The position numbers and the translations under genes were made by a program. A DNA stretch of 64,000 bases, taken from NCBI GenBank assembly GCA_965202585.1, contig OZ241826.1:36456001-36520000 (forward strand). The letters are read 5' to 3'. Shown here piece after piece: positions 1-13,400 of this stretch (the stretch's first letter is position 1; every line of letters begins with the position of its first letter). This DNA comes from Thalia democratica. Lineage: Eukaryota. Below the pieces are notes generated by a model, which saw nothing but the letters and a program-made list of their open reading frames with translations, was not told the DNA's origin and did no database searches.

Positions 1-618
1 AAGTTGGAGAGAATACCATTCTAGCTGCTAACAAGAAGACATTTGTATCTTTTGTGTATATAGTAAAGTTCTTTTTTAAACAATGTTATTTCATATAAAC
101 AGTTTTTTATAAAAAATTTCAGGTAGTTTAATCTCAGTTACATCATAAACTTTAAAAGTATATTCCTGTTAGATTAAGATCTTGTGTAAACTAAGACTGC
201 AGTAAAAGAAATTTCTTAAGTATAATATTTTTTATATTTGTAAGTGTTTGCAACTGTTCTTTAACACAACATGTTTATTTGAGTCATATCTAGTTTTATA
301 AAGAGTAGCTTTAAGTATCATTAATTATGAGTTTTATTTAGGGTAAAAGCATTAATAATTTTTTAGGGTTTATAGTGTGGGAGTAAAACATAATATAATC
401 ATATAAGTCTAATATTTAAGCAAGCTACATCTATGGGTTACAACTTTTTTCGTACATCAGCTTAAATTTAGTGAAAACAATCAGTAGTACTAATATTTTC
501 ACATGCTTTACAAAAACTTATAGTACCTTTGTAAAATTGGTTTGATTGTACTTTAAGTTACAAACATTTAAACAAATGTACCGCATTAGTTACTTTTTAA
601 TAAAACACCATTTTTTAC

Positions 619-832
619 CTGAAAAATCAATTTCATCTAAGCTTTTTTGATCCGAGATCTTAGATAAGCAGTTTCTTTTACACAATGTAGTCAAACCACT
701 CTCTTTAGTCGTAGAAGCATTAGAAATGGGCTGTTTGTTATGAAAATCAAACAGTTGTTTTTTTCTAACATTTTCCCCTTTGTGATAGTCTTCAGCTGAA
801 GCTTGCTTGCACTTCATTGCACTTTTATTCAT
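619..832 (-). CDS. Possible coding exon of an unidentified host gene
   Basis: Open frame MNKSAMKCKQ...SLDEIDFS of ordinary composition, ending at a plausible donor CAG|GTAAAA (intron would start at 618). No partner exon or domain recognised. Confidence 0.3.
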
Positions 833-1225
833 TTTGTATTTTAAAAGCTTATGTTTTTATTTTAAATTTGTTACCACTGTTTTGAAAAAAATTGTAAAGT
901 TTACTTTCAAACATGTTAGTAAATTAGGAGTCAGTAGCCTACGAGGTACTTTTCTGCTAAAAGCATGCATTTTTAGGCAATACAAATCGTGGTAAATAAT
1001 AATTAATAATGCATTGTTTTTGCAGATTTTATCATAATTTTTTTAAAGTTCTTTTTTAAATTTTCTACGACTGCTTTAAATAGTTGCTGTCTGCTAACAA
1101 CTTTTTCGTAGAAAATAAACCTGCAAGTTATAAAAAGTCAGGTTTCTAAATTCTTAAAACCTTCATACAACTGCTCAACAAAAATTTTATACAAAGGCTT
1201 ATTAAAGGGTGCTTATAAAAAAGAA

Positions 1226-4200
1226 AACTTTGTGTTTTATTTTATATCCAAAAACTCTACATTTAAAAACCAAAAAAAACACCTCGTGCAAAACTCTAGG
1301 TCAGGGTTTCCGAAAGTAGGTTGTATTTCTCCTATTTTTATAACAGTTTGGGAAACTAGTAGAAGAATAGATGTTAAATCTTTAAGTTTTTGGATTGCCG
1401 TTAATTTTTTTTTTCTTTTTAGGTCTTTATTTTACTATTTTTAGATTGGTTTTAAATATGTTATCCTTAGGTAAGATTTAAACTAGGGTTTTCAAAAACT
1501 TTCAGTAAGTCATGGCAATCTTTGATAAAGATGCGAAGTCTAAAAATTTGGCAACTTTTTAAAATTTTTGTTAAGGAGACATTAAAAAGTTGAATTTTTA
1601 AAACCTTGGCGTAGATTATTTAAAACCCTTTTTTTAGGTTAATGGCATTTAGAGCCAAAAAAAGAATCTAAAGAGTAATAAAAAAAATTGTCAATACTTT
1701 TCAAAAATTTTATCACTATTAGGAGCATAAAACAAACAAATTTTAAGTTTTTTTTGAACCCCGTCATAAACAAATAAACTTTAAAAAAATGGTAAAACTT
1801 ATTTAAATGGTAGCATTAATTTTTTTTTTTAATTTCAACTTATACTTCAAAAAAAATACTAAACTTACCAATAGAAAACTATCATGTAAAAATTTTTAAC
1901 AAATAAAACTTTTTTATTTAGTTTTTTTGATGGTAAAAATGCAGAGTTTCAACAAACTTTATTTTGTATCAAAATTTTCTTAGTTCTAACCAAACCACTA
2001 TAGTATGCTAAAATACTCAGACTCTAAAAGTAAAATTTGAATACTATTTTGTAAGTGAAAGAAAAAGACCAAAATGTCAAACTTAATTAGAGCATAAGTT
2101 TTTTAATATAACTTGTTAGTTTTCAGTAGTGAAAATAATTTCAATAAACTGATAAGAAAAAAAAAATAGTTGAGAATAAAAATTAACAAATTTACAAATG
2201 GTTTAAAAGGTTTCAGAAAACGCTAAGTTTAATAAATAATACCTTAAAATGTAGTGCACTGTATTTTTTTTTATTAAAGTAATAGTTATTTTAGTTTTAA
2301 TTTTATAGAGGCTTAATTGAAAATTGAAATTCACAATTAGATAATACTAAGTTCAATAAATTATAGAACAAAATAAAAAAAACTTTGTGTTTTACTTTAT
2401 ATTCGAAATCTCTCCATTTGAAAACCAAGAAAAATACCTCGTGCAAAATTTTTGGTCAGGGTTTCCAAAAGGGGGTTGTATTTCTCTTATTTTTATAAAA
2501 GTTTGGGAAACTAGTAGATGAATAAATTTTAAATCTTTAAATTTTTGTGCTGCCCTTAACTTTTTTTTGCATTTATTTTACTATTTCTAGATTGGTTTTA
2601 AATATGTTATCCTTCAGTAAGATTTAAACTAGGGTTTTCAAAAAATTTCAGTAAGTTGTGGCAATCTTTGATAAAGATGCGAAATCTAAAAAAATGGCTA
2701 TTTTTTTATAGTTTTTGGCAAGGGGAACATTAAAAAATTGAAGTTTTCAAACCCTGTCGTAAACTATTTAAAACCATTTGTTTTTATTATTGTTAGAGGC
2801 AAATCTAGGTTAATGGCAATTAGAGTAAAAAAAAAGAAACTAAAGAGTCATAAAAAACTTATCTATACTTTTCAAAATTTTCATTACTATTAGGAGCATA
2901 ATAAAAAAAAATTAGATTATTTTTGAACCCCGTCATTAACAAATAAACTTTTAAAAAATGGTAAAACTTTTTTAAATAAAAGCATTAATTTTTTTTTTAA
3001 TTTCAACTTATACTTCTAAAAAAATACTAAACTACAATAGAAAACTAGCATGTAAAAACTTTTTAACAAATTAAACTTTTAAATTTAGTTTTTTTGATGG
3101 TAAAAATGCAGAGTTTGAACAAACTTTATTTTGTATCAAAGTTTACTTAGTTCTAATCAAACCACTATAGTATGCTAAAATACTCAGACTCTAGAAAAAA
3201 ATTTTTAATACTATTTTGTGAGTGAAAGAAAAAGACCAAAATTTCCAACTTAATCAGAGCATAAGTTTTTTAATATAACTTGTTAGTTTTCAGTAGTGAA
3301 AATAATTTCAATAAACTGAGTAGGACAAAAAATCAGTTGAGAATAAAAATTAACAAATTTACAAATGGTTTAAAAGGTTTCAGAAAACTCTAAGTTTAAT
3401 AAATAATACCTTAAAATGTAGTGCACTGTATTTTTTTTTATTAAAGTAATAGTTATTTTAGTTTTAATTTTATAGAGGCTTAATTGAAAGTTGAAATTCA
3501 CAATTAGATAATACTAAATACAATAAATTATAGAACAAAATAAAAAAAAAAACTTTATGTTTTATTTTATATTCAAAATCTCTACATTTGAAAACCAAGA
3601 AAAATACCTCGTGCAACATTTTTGGTCAGGGTTTCCAAAAAGGGGTTGTATTTCTCTTATTTTTATAAAAGTTTGGGAAACTAGTAGATGAGTAAATTTT
3701 AAATCTTTAAATTTTTGTGCTGCCCTAAACTTTTTTTGGCATTTATTTTACTATTTCTAGATTGGTTTTAAATATGTTATCCTTTAGTAAGATTTAAACT
3801 AGGGTTTTCAAAAAATTTCAGTAAGTTGTGGCAATCTTTGATAAAGATGCGAAATCTAAAAAAATGGCTATTTTTTTATAGTTTTTGGCAAGGGGAACAT
3901 TAAAAAATTGAAGTTTTCAAACCCTGTCGTAAACTATTTAAAACCTTTTTTTTATTATTATTAGAGGCAAATCTAGTTTAATGGCAATTAGAGTAAAAAA
4001 AAGAAACTAAAGAGTCATAAAAAACTTATCTATACTTTTAAAAATTTTTATTACTATTAGGAGCATAATGCAAAAAAATTTAGATTATTTTTGAACCCCG
4101 TCATTAACAAATAAACTTTAAAAAAAAGTAAAACTTTTTTAAATAAAAGCATTAATTTTTTTTTTAATTTCAATTTATACTTCTAAAAAAATACAAAACT

Positions 4201-4705
4201 ACAATAGAAAACTAGCATGTAAAAACTTTTTAACAAATAAAACTTTTTAATTTAGTTTTTTTTTTATGGTAAAAATGCAGAGTTTAAACAAATTTTATTT
4301 TTAATCAAAGATTACTTAGTTCTAATCATGCCACTATAGTATGCTAAAATACTCAGACTCTAGAAGTAAAATTTGAATACTATTTTGTAAATGAAAGAAA
4401 AAGACCAAAATGTCCAACTTAGTCAGAGCATAAGTTTTTTAATATAACTTGTTAGTTTTCAGTAGTGAAAATAGTTTCAATAAACTGAGTAGGACAAAAA
4501 ATCAGTTGAGAATAAAAATTAACAAATTTACAAATAGTTTAAAAGATTTCAGAAAACGCTAAGTTTAATAAATAATACATTAAAAAGTAGTGCACTGTAT
4601 TTTTTTATTAAAGTAATAGTTATTTTAGTTTTAATTTTATAGAGGCTTAATTAAAAATTTAAATTCACAATTAAGTAATACTAAATACAACAAATTATAG
4701 AAAAA
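1226..4705. repeat. Tandem array of three ~1.16-kb units
   Basis: The unit start AACTTT(G/A)TGTTTTA recurs at 1226, 2381 and 3551 (periods 1155 and 1170), and internal landmarks are colinear (CCTCGTGCAA, GATAAAGATGCGAA, TTTTGAACCCCGTCAT, ATACTCAGACTCT). Units 2 and 3 look more alike than either does to unit 1. Confidence 0.95.
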
Positions 4706-4788
4706 GGTAAAAGAAAAACAAAATAAATAAAACAAGGCATAAAATCAAAAAGTTTATGCATATTTACGAAACTAAACGAATAGAATGG

Positions 4789-4828
4789 ACGCTTAGAAGC
4801 AGAAGCGTTAAAAATTATCTAAATCTAG
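4789..4828 (+). mobile_element. Helitron-like 3' end, imperfect
   Basis: Hairpin ACGCTT-N8-AAGCGT followed by CTAG at 4825-4828. The next base is C rather than the canonical T. Shares sequence with the end at 6909-6956. Confidence 0.3.
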
Positions 4829-5664
4829 CTGTTTTTTACTACTTATTTAAAAAGTTAGAAGCTTTAATGATGGCTATGAGTAATTCACCAAAAGCTGCTC
4901 AACCATAAAATATTAAGTTAAAACGAGCAAATGTTTAATCAGAGTTTTTTTTTATTGAAATTCTGACAACCCTATGTAACCCCATGGTTGTTGTAATACT
5001 GGAGAAGCTTAAACTTTTCGTAACTAAACAAAAACTTAACAAAAGATATTTTATAAGTAATATGCACAACAACTTCACTATGGTTCTTCTATTGTAATAA
5101 AAAGACAAACACATTAAATAAATTAGTGTCACAAAACCATATTAGGTTTAGCTAATTACTTAGGAAATTTACCTCGAAACGAATCTGACTTAACTTAACT
5201 ATCCGCTACATTTTACTTTTTTAAAAGATTTAAACTAGTTTTTATACATGAGGGTACAAACTACAAAGTTAGATAGCTCAATCCTGTGGAAGGACCAAAA
5301 AAATTAAAAAAAAACAATCACATCAAAAATATATCTTCTCCCACTTTTTTAATATCTGTTCCAATGCTTTCTCAGTTTATCTTAACTAAACACTAAACAT
5401 TTCTAATGTAAGATGTTTTAAAAACGTTAGTAAAGTTTTTTTTTCTATAATTTGTTTTTGGTCATAAATTCTTGTTTTCTTTTTAATTTTTACAACATAA
5501 TATTTAATATTGATGTACATGAAATTTCTTTAAAATTTAAAGTTTAAATTTAAAAATTAAGATTCGGATCTTGATTCGGCTGAATTCTGATTTTAAATTA
5601 AGACTCGAATTTGAAATCGGTGGAATTTAAAGTCTTTGGATTCGGTAGATCACTAGTAGATATA

Positions 5665-6025
5665 AATTGGACTTGTAACATATACTTAAATTTCGAAGTA
5701 AAGAGCTATTTTTACTTTTAATTTATAACAATTAATAGTTTACAGCAAAGGATTATTACGAAAAGTTCATGCTTAGATGATTGTTTCTTACCACTAAAAA
5801 CGAACATTTTTAGTTTTGTTGTTACATGTTGCTCTCGTCTGACATGGAAACGTTGAGATCTATGACCTATGTAGCTATCTCCGCAATTACAAACGTATAC
5901 TACTATCGTTTCTGTAATAGGCAACTTACAAAGTCTTATTTCAAAAACATTGATATGACATATATTCATTATTCAATGCGTGTAAAAAAGAAGTTTTGCC
6001 TAAATCATTGTTTCATAGTTTTTTG
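5665..6025 (-). mobile_element. Penelope-like retroelement fragment (GIY-YIG endonuclease region)
   Basis: ORF 5718-5969 reads ETIVVYVCNCGDSYIGHRSQRFHVRREQHV, matching the V-Y-x-C-x-C...YIG...R-x-x-(E/Q)-H GIY-YIG signature of Penelope endonucleases. No RT seen. Confidence 0.75.
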
Positions 6026-6037
6026 CAGTACAAATAC

Positions 6038-6516
6038 CAGGGGCGTCGCATGGGGTGTTGCACTGCCGCGATTGCACCACCTTAAAATTTTAAGAAAATA
6101 TTAAGTATCTATAACGTTTTCGTTACTTTTTAGAACAAAATCTCTTATAAAACTCCAATTTAAAAAACGACTATTTTGCTCACTTTACCGCCGCAAAATC
6201 TTAGCTGACTGCCACAAAATCTTAGCTGACTGCCGCAAATGAACTTAAAAAAGTAAAATTTCTTCAAGAACAACCGCGAAATCAATATCTTGCGTTAAGT
6301 AAGCTCAGTTGAAAATTCCCTAAAACAGTACAGGCTTAAGTATCATTTTACAAGCTATTGTAAACAAAATATGAAAGCAGAATAGAGGTAACTCGAGTAG
6401 AAGCAACGCAAGCAGAGGCGATTCGAGCAGAGACAATTCAAGTAGGGGCAAATCGAGCACCGGCAACTCGTTTTTTTTTTTGCACGACCTAGGAAAAATA
6501 CCACGCGACGCCACTG
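6038..6516. mobile_element. hAT-type MITE, 479 bp
   Basis: Imperfect TIR CAGGGGCGTCGCATGG / CAGTGGCGTCGCGTGG. 8-bp TSD ACAAATAC (6030-6037) / ACAAACAC (6517-6524), one mismatch. Internal 15-bp-period repeats near 6385-6470 and a short tandem duplication near 6190-6238. Confidence 0.85.
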
Positions 6517-6908
6517 ACAAACACCTATTTCTGGTTTTTTTTTTCTCTTTTTTTAAATCTTAAAATACATTAATTGAATATCATATACAACAACAACAAC
6601 CCTGAAGTTAGTTGCTGATGTTCTACAAAAGAATCTAGACTCAGTATTGCTTGCAATTTTCACTTGTTATGAATTGATTTTATTTTGCTTTAATCATCTC
6701 CAATGATCAATTTTCAAACTGTGGACAGTTTTTCTGGGTGGATATATTTAAAATAAACTATGATGTACACTAATACTAAATCATAGATATATGTTTTTAA
6801 TTAATAGTAGCTTCTGGTAATATAAGGTTTTACATATGATAAAAAATCAATGTATTAATTTAATGATGCATAAAAACTTAAAAAATAGTTAACTATCTAA
6901 AAAACCAT

Positions 6909-6956
6909 TTTTTAACGCTTTAGAATATAAAAAGCGTTAAAAATTCTCCAGCCTAG
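6909..6956 (+). mobile_element. Helitron-like 3' terminus
   Basis: 12-bp stem TTTTTAACGCTT / AAGCGTTAAAAA followed about 10 nt later by CTAG (6953-6956) and then T, the hairpin + CTRR|T arrangement of Helitron ends. 5' end not identified. Confidence 0.45.
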
Positions 6957-7285
6957 TATTTTTGAAAGTAGTTAGTTTTAGTTTTTGCTAAATAATGAAC
7001 TTTTATATCATTCTAAAGTTTTTATAAGTAAGTATTAAAATTTTAAAATTTTTAAGTTAAGCTTTTATCTTTCTTTTTTTCATGCAAAGTTTTCTAAAAG
7101 CTAATGATAAATACTTGGCTTCAAAATTTTTATACTTTATATTATTTGTATTATTGTGTGTAATAAAGAACTAAGTGATACTATAATTTTAATAACTTAG
7201 TAATATAAATTAAAGTTAGTGTTTATGATTTTTAAAGTTAACGTTTTATTTGTATAGATTAAAGTTTTACCCCTTTTACTTACAG

Positions 7286-7401
7286 ATACGGCTTCTTTTG
7301 ATTCTTATCAGACGTACTCTGAAAATTTCAATCAATCATACGTATTTAAATCTGCCATATTTGCCTTACAAGGCATCCTAGACAAAAGTTCTGACAACTA
7401 A
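7286..7401 (+). other. Exon-like segment with a decayed local duplicate (~7838-7965)
   Basis: Pyrimidine-rich acceptor CCCTTTTACTTACAG| followed by an open frame (D)TASFDSYQTYSENFNQSYVFKSAIFALQGILDKSSDN*. A diverged copy ~550 bp downstream has an in-frame stop and indels. Confidence 0.3.
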
Positions 7402-9059
7402 TTATATTTCATCTGGGTATTATCTTACTTTTAAATTTTGAATACTTATTCAATTCTAAAACTGTAATAATAGAAAGCAAACAACATTTGCAACCATAAA
7501 AAAAATTATTTTTCTTTGATTTCCTTAAAAAAAGATATTTTTTAGTATAAGTTTGCTTGAAAAAAATATCTCAGCCTACTATTTAAATACTCTACTTTCT
7601 GCTAAATTATAAACATCTATAACTATTTTTTTATATTTGCATGCTGAATAAAAAAAGTTTGTAAGCATAAAAAAAAGTTTGTTAGTATTTTAAACTTAAT
7701 TCAAAATAGTAATCTCAAAGAATAATCTTAATAGTAACTAGATAGAGACTGCTACAAGCTAGACTAAACCACTGCTATTGTAACCAAACAAATTAACTTT
7801 TGAACAAAAAAAAACACTTATACGGCTTAACTGATAAGGCTTCTTTTGATTCTTACCAGACGTTCACTGAAAACTTTTAGCCATCTTACAAATTTAAATC
7901 TGCCACGAGATATTTGCCTGTCAAGGCACCCTAGACAAACGATCTGGTAACTAAATGTCTCTCATCTCGGTTAAGCCACACTTATCTAACTTTTAAAGGT
8001 CATGCTATCATTTTTTTGTATTCAACTCTAGCTTAATGTTTTTTATATTTAACATACCACAACATTTAGTTTAGTTGAACTAGCAAATGGTATGTGTTTT
8101 TTTTTCATAGTTTTTATGCTAGTTTGAGATAACTTTTTAAAACTGGAAGGTCATTAGTTTTGTTCTTGGGGAGATAAATAACAAGTATTCAACTGGTGAA
8201 ATTTATAACAATAGAATTCTAATTATGCTTAAAATAACCTTAAAAGTTAGTGAAAAAGAAGTTAAAATGACTTAGTATATGTTGGTTATTCAAGTATATA
8301 ATTAGTTTATACATAAGTCTATAACATAATATTTTTATTAAGTAACTTGACTAAAAAATTTAATTTTTTTATTTATAAATCCTTTTAATGAAAATGTTAA
8401 TAGGATATGATACAGATTCAAAAAAACTCACTTACTAGTTTACTAGGCTTTTTTGTATACAGGTGTATTCTACTCTAAAAGCTATTTTATATGAATCGTT
8501 TAAAAAACATACTGTATTTAAATAAGTTTTAATTGAAACACAATTAATCTATAAAATTAAGTAATAAGAAATCATAAAATAACTAAAAAATGCAAATTGT
8601 TTTCACAAGTTTTTGTGTTTTAAAATACTAATACTAATCATAGTTTAACCGATGAAAGTAAAAACTTTATTGACATTGCCTATCAAGTGAAAGTATTATA
8701 AAAGTTCAAAACTATTATTTATAACATTGAAAGTTTATTAGGAAAACTTCTGATTTTTTTTAAATCTGTAGAAGAAATAAGCTATAAAAGAACGTTTACT
8801 AAAGCCAGTAAAGATTTAATTTAAAAGAAACTCAAGCTCCTCACCACCGCTCAAAAAGGTTGTAAAACTTAGAGTTTTTCTTACAAATTTAGGTGAAACA
8901 TAAATATGTTTAAACTTCCTAATTGTTTTAAAAGTTAACGGATTTGAATTTTTCTACCCAAATTTACTTTTCATGTCAACAACTAGGATATTTTCTCAAG
9001 CCTTTACTATTTTTGATTATTGGAAATACAAGTTTAAGTTTCTCGACAAACTATTTATG

Positions 9060-9312
9060 GGGTGCACGACTATTCGAAGTCTGATAACTCAAAATACGAC
9101 AACTAACATTCAAACAACTCAAATTCCGATAATTCAAATTTGAACAATTCAAATTTGTACAATTCAAATTTTGATAAGTCGTATTCAGACATTTTAAATT
9201 CCGACAATTCAAACTCCACAACTTTAATGCGACAGTTGAGAATTTGAAATCCAACGATTCAAGTAATGAAAAATACAAACTCTGACTATTCAATTCCTGA
9301 CATTTATAATTC
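9060..9312. repeat. Degenerate 15-bp-period minisatellite (consensus ~GACAATTCAAATTCC)
   Basis: Repeated ACAATTCAAATT units. The minus ORF 9051-9314 (NLNCTNLNCSNLNYRNL) is just the 5-codon periodicity. Confidence 0.75.
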
Positions 9313-9834
9313 AAAAAAGTAACTTTAAAAAAAACAATTTTTTAAATTTTTTTCATAAATTATATATTAGGTTTGAGTTTTAAAACTTTGACCGAACATT
9401 TTTTTCTTTAATTTTTAAAAGTTATGAATGTTTCTCACAAAATTGAGTAAATTAATAAGAAACAAAATTAATACAGTAAATTCTTGCAGATTGTTATCCT
9501 TGCCATACAACCAATCCCAACCTTCATACTTTTTCGCCCACAAGCAAAACTACAGCAAAATGAGTTGTTAATTTCTCATAAGAAAAGTTTCGATTTTTGA
9601 AAACGTAGTAGTAATGTATGGTGCTTTTCTTCATTTATAAAATACGTGTTTCTAGCAAAAGAAGCCAATGATGATAATGAAAAGCTTAGTTATAATACTA
9701 CAAATTTCCTTCAGTTTTACCTCTGTACGAACTATTACACAAAATAAAAATAATAATTTAATATTATTCTTGTGTTATGAATAAATTTCAAAAATTTACA
9801 GCAGGTTTTTTTAATTTTTTTCTGGTATAAAAAC

Positions 9835-10190
9835 ATTGGACTTGTAACACCTACTCAAATGTCAAAGTTAAAAGCTAGCTATTTCTTATTTATAATTAAC
9901 AGTTTTTAAGCAAACAATTTTTAAGCGACGTTTATGCTTAGATGATTGATTTTTGACATTGAAAATGAACATTTTCAGTTTTGTTCGTACATGCTGCTCT
10001 CGTCTGACATAAAAAACATTGATATGCACGACCTACGTAGCCATTTCTGCAATTACTATTAAATACTTATACTACTATCGTTTCTGTAATAAGTAGTTTA
10101 CGAAGTCTTATTTCAAAAACGTTGATATGACATATATTCAATGGATGTAACAAAGAATTTTTTCTATAATCATAGTTCCATATTTTTTCC
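9835..10190 (-). mobile_element. Second, more decayed Penelope-like GIY-YIG fragment
   Basis: Colinear with 5665-6025 (shared ATTGGACTTGTAACA, GCTCTCGTCTGACAT, TACTACTATCGTTTCTGTAATA). The minus strand retains NCRNGYVGR...VRREQHV with a stop and a frameshift. Confidence 0.7.
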
Positions 10191-10426
10191 ATAGTTTGAA
10201 GGAATAAACTAAATAAACTACTAATGTGTTACACAATTTTTCCAAGATTCGTTTGTAAAAACTCCTATAAATTTTTATAATAATAATATATATGTATGTC
10301 TTACAAGCTTAATCTACCTACAAATTAAAAGTTATTTGTTGTAGAATGTATGTACTGATTATTTTTCTAGTGTGCCTTTTAGTTTTGTTTTGTTTTAAAA
10401 AAATGTTGATGTAACCTTTGAACAAT

Positions 10427-10451
10427 TTATTATTATTATTATTATTATTAT
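10427..10451. repeat. (TTA)n microsatellite
   Basis: About eight consecutive TTA units. Confidence 0.9.
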
Positions 10452-13400
10452 AAAGATATTGAAAAAAAGGCTTTAAAATAATCAGCTAAAACTACTTAAC
10501 TTACTTATATTATTTTTTTTGAAATATTTTAGCAAGTAGTTTTTTGAAAAATCTAAGTTCAATCTAAGTTTAAAGTATGGTATAAATTTTGTAGGTTAAA
10601 CTGCAAGTGAAATAAAAAAGAATTTGTGTTGCTTTTATTGTCAGCAAATAACTTGTCTTGAAAAGTTATCATGTTATTAGACTCTCTTATGACAAAGTTG
10701 TTGCTTTAACAGAGTATAAACAAGTGTGGATATTTGGTGATGGTTAAATAAAATCAATTAATATCAAAGTAATTATTGAAACGTTAATCCATAAAAACAA
10801 AACTTAAAATAAATAGTTTGTTCCCTGAATCGTCAGTGTTTTTAAAGTAATAAATGTTAAAATTTATTTTTTACTCCACTCCAAGTTGTTTTCAACTACC
10901 TTTAGTTACATTTAGTTTTATTTTAGTTTTATGTCAACTTGTTTTTATTTATGTTTAAGTTTAGTCAAACTTCAATATTTTCTTTAGTATAATTTTACTT
11001 ATTTTATTGTCTTTTCATGTATTTATGTGTCAACGACTGGGTTTGTATCTTAGAATGTTGAACATAGAGAGTTAAAAGAAAATTAGGCCCCTTTTACCAT
11101 CAGGTAACGCATACAACTATCATTTGATGATATTAAAGGTTATTGTTAAATTTTATTTTTGTATGAGCTGACCATAGGGTTTAGAATTCAAAGTATTTAA
11201 TCAAGATGTTTTCAAAGCCATCATTAGGACTCTTACACCAACAGGCTATACATTTAACATCAATAAGAATATACTTTTATGATACTTTATAAGTTTAATT
11301 AATATATTTTCAAGTGACATTTTAGATTTTTAAAAATAGACTAGAAAAAAATAATTACTTAATAACAAAAGATATTTAAATCGAAAGGAAATTAAAACTT
11401 TAAAAAACATCATCAAAATAAATCTATAAATTTTAAATAAGTGAGTTAACTTTGTAAAAGTTTATTACAGTTTTAATTATTTAGATTTCATAAGATTTAG
11501 TATACGATGTATAACGTTATAACTTTTTTTATGGTTTTTTAGCTCAAGATTTCTAGTTAAGTGTTGCTAATTATTTTGAAATTAATAATATTCTTATGTT
11601 ACTAACATTTAGGCTTAATTTTTAACTTCCAAGTAGAAAAAACAAGATGAACACAGCGTTTATCGGCGTACCAAACCGTCAGTGCGTATTTAAAAAATGC
11701 GTGCCTAGGTGGCAGGTAACAATGACCAAAAATTGTGCGACACCAGTAAAAAAAAGTAGACACGCCCCTGTAAATTATTTTCAACTACTTTTGGATATTA
11801 GTTAAAGTTTAAGCGCATTTTAGACACATTGATGTGCCTTTTAAATTTATTATGCTATGAAGTATTTGATAAAAAAGAATAAACTATTAGAAAACACATA
11901 AGATTGTATTTTAACTGTTACACTTTTTTATGTGTAAAAAGCTAATGACGTCACTAAGCGTGGCAGAGTGCAGTTTGTTTATAGTATGTTTTAAACAGAA
12001 TATATTTGTTTGGTAAGTGAGATTTTACTATATTTGTTAGAAGAACAATAAACTAGATTAATAAGAATATAAAATTATAATATAAACATTTCAAATAGTA
12101 TACTTAACTAAATTTTGTTATGAAATCACCATTGAAAAATTGTATATTGTAAATACTATGTTAATTGATTTTAGTGTTACGAATTTTCTTTGATACTATA
12201 ACTAATGTTTTGAAATTTTAAATTCTAAATGTTAAAAACACAAAAAAAATTGTATAAAAGTTTTCTTTCATGCCGGATTCATTATTGTCTTTTACCACAA
12301 CATTACCTTGCACATTATAACTTTCTTCTAAAACAGATTTGTTCTGAGACCTTGTCTTCTGTTTAATGTTAGCTACAAAAAAAAAACTGTTAGCAAACAC
12401 TTGTAGAATTTTAAATCGTAATTAGAAAAAGCACTTTTAAAGCTTTTAGTGCAAAATGTTGCTTATTCTTTGTTTGAACCAAAAGTAAACACTTGCAAAT
12501 TGAACGACGAAATAGTTGTTAAACTAATTGGTCCACAGACTTGGTGTACGAAAAAAACCTTTTGGAGTCGTACAACAATTCAATACAGTTTAAAGTCTTT
12601 TCAAAGACTAATTTTCAAACACCTAGTTGATATTTAATTTTTAATTTTGTTAAAGTTTTCACCATTTTGTTGTTTTTTTATTGATATTCAGTTTGATTCA
12701 AAAAACTTAGTTTAATTCAACATATTTAACAAATTGTAAAATTTTGAGCCAGAATAATACATAATTAAATAAATTATATGCGACATAAGCTAAAATTTGG
12801 TAGACAAAATAAAAACACTTAAATTTAGATTACATTTTTCAATGCTACAGCTATTAAAAAACGCAACAAAAATTACAAAAATCTATTTTTGTCTCGTGTA
12901 AAAACTAATGTAAAAAATATTTCAACTCTAAACATCAAAAGACCATTTTGTGTAGATTTTTTCCTTAAATTAGTCGATAATTATAATAAAACATTTTTTC
13001 GAATATTTAAGTTTTACTACATTTAGAGTGTAGTGTCAGCTATGGATGAATAATAATAATTATTACAAATTCTTCTTTAATATATATTTTCAGCTAAATT
13101 TTAGCTATACTTTTTTAACTACGGACTTTTGTGACTTTTCTTTTAATAGTAAGACTAAGCTCTTAATATGACTTTATTTCTGGGGTCAGAAACCTTTCAT
13201 AAGTCGCAGGCCAATTTTCCTATTAAAAAGTTACTCACGGGTTTCAGTTATTCAAAATAATTGTTTTTTATCAATAAAAGTTTACGTACTATTTAAGAAT
13301 AACTAAAATACTTAAGTCAAGAATGAATACATGTAACTCTTACTACAATTTAGTATTAGAATCTTGAGTTGTTAAACATTAAAGCTGAGAAATAAAACAA

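Noticed and set aside
5575-5657. GATTCGG/GAATTC-rich stretch ending GGATTCGGTAGATCACTA, like one end of a TIR element
   Set aside because: No matching opposite end or TSD found, and too decayed to define.
11650-11772. GC-richer stretch ending GACACGCCCCTG (hAT-like right end)
   Set aside because: No left TIR or TSD within several kb, so it is at most a solo remnant.
12218-12637. Two short opposite-strand ORFs with a coding-like look
   Set aside because: No motif, no convincing splice partners and mutually inconsistent strands.
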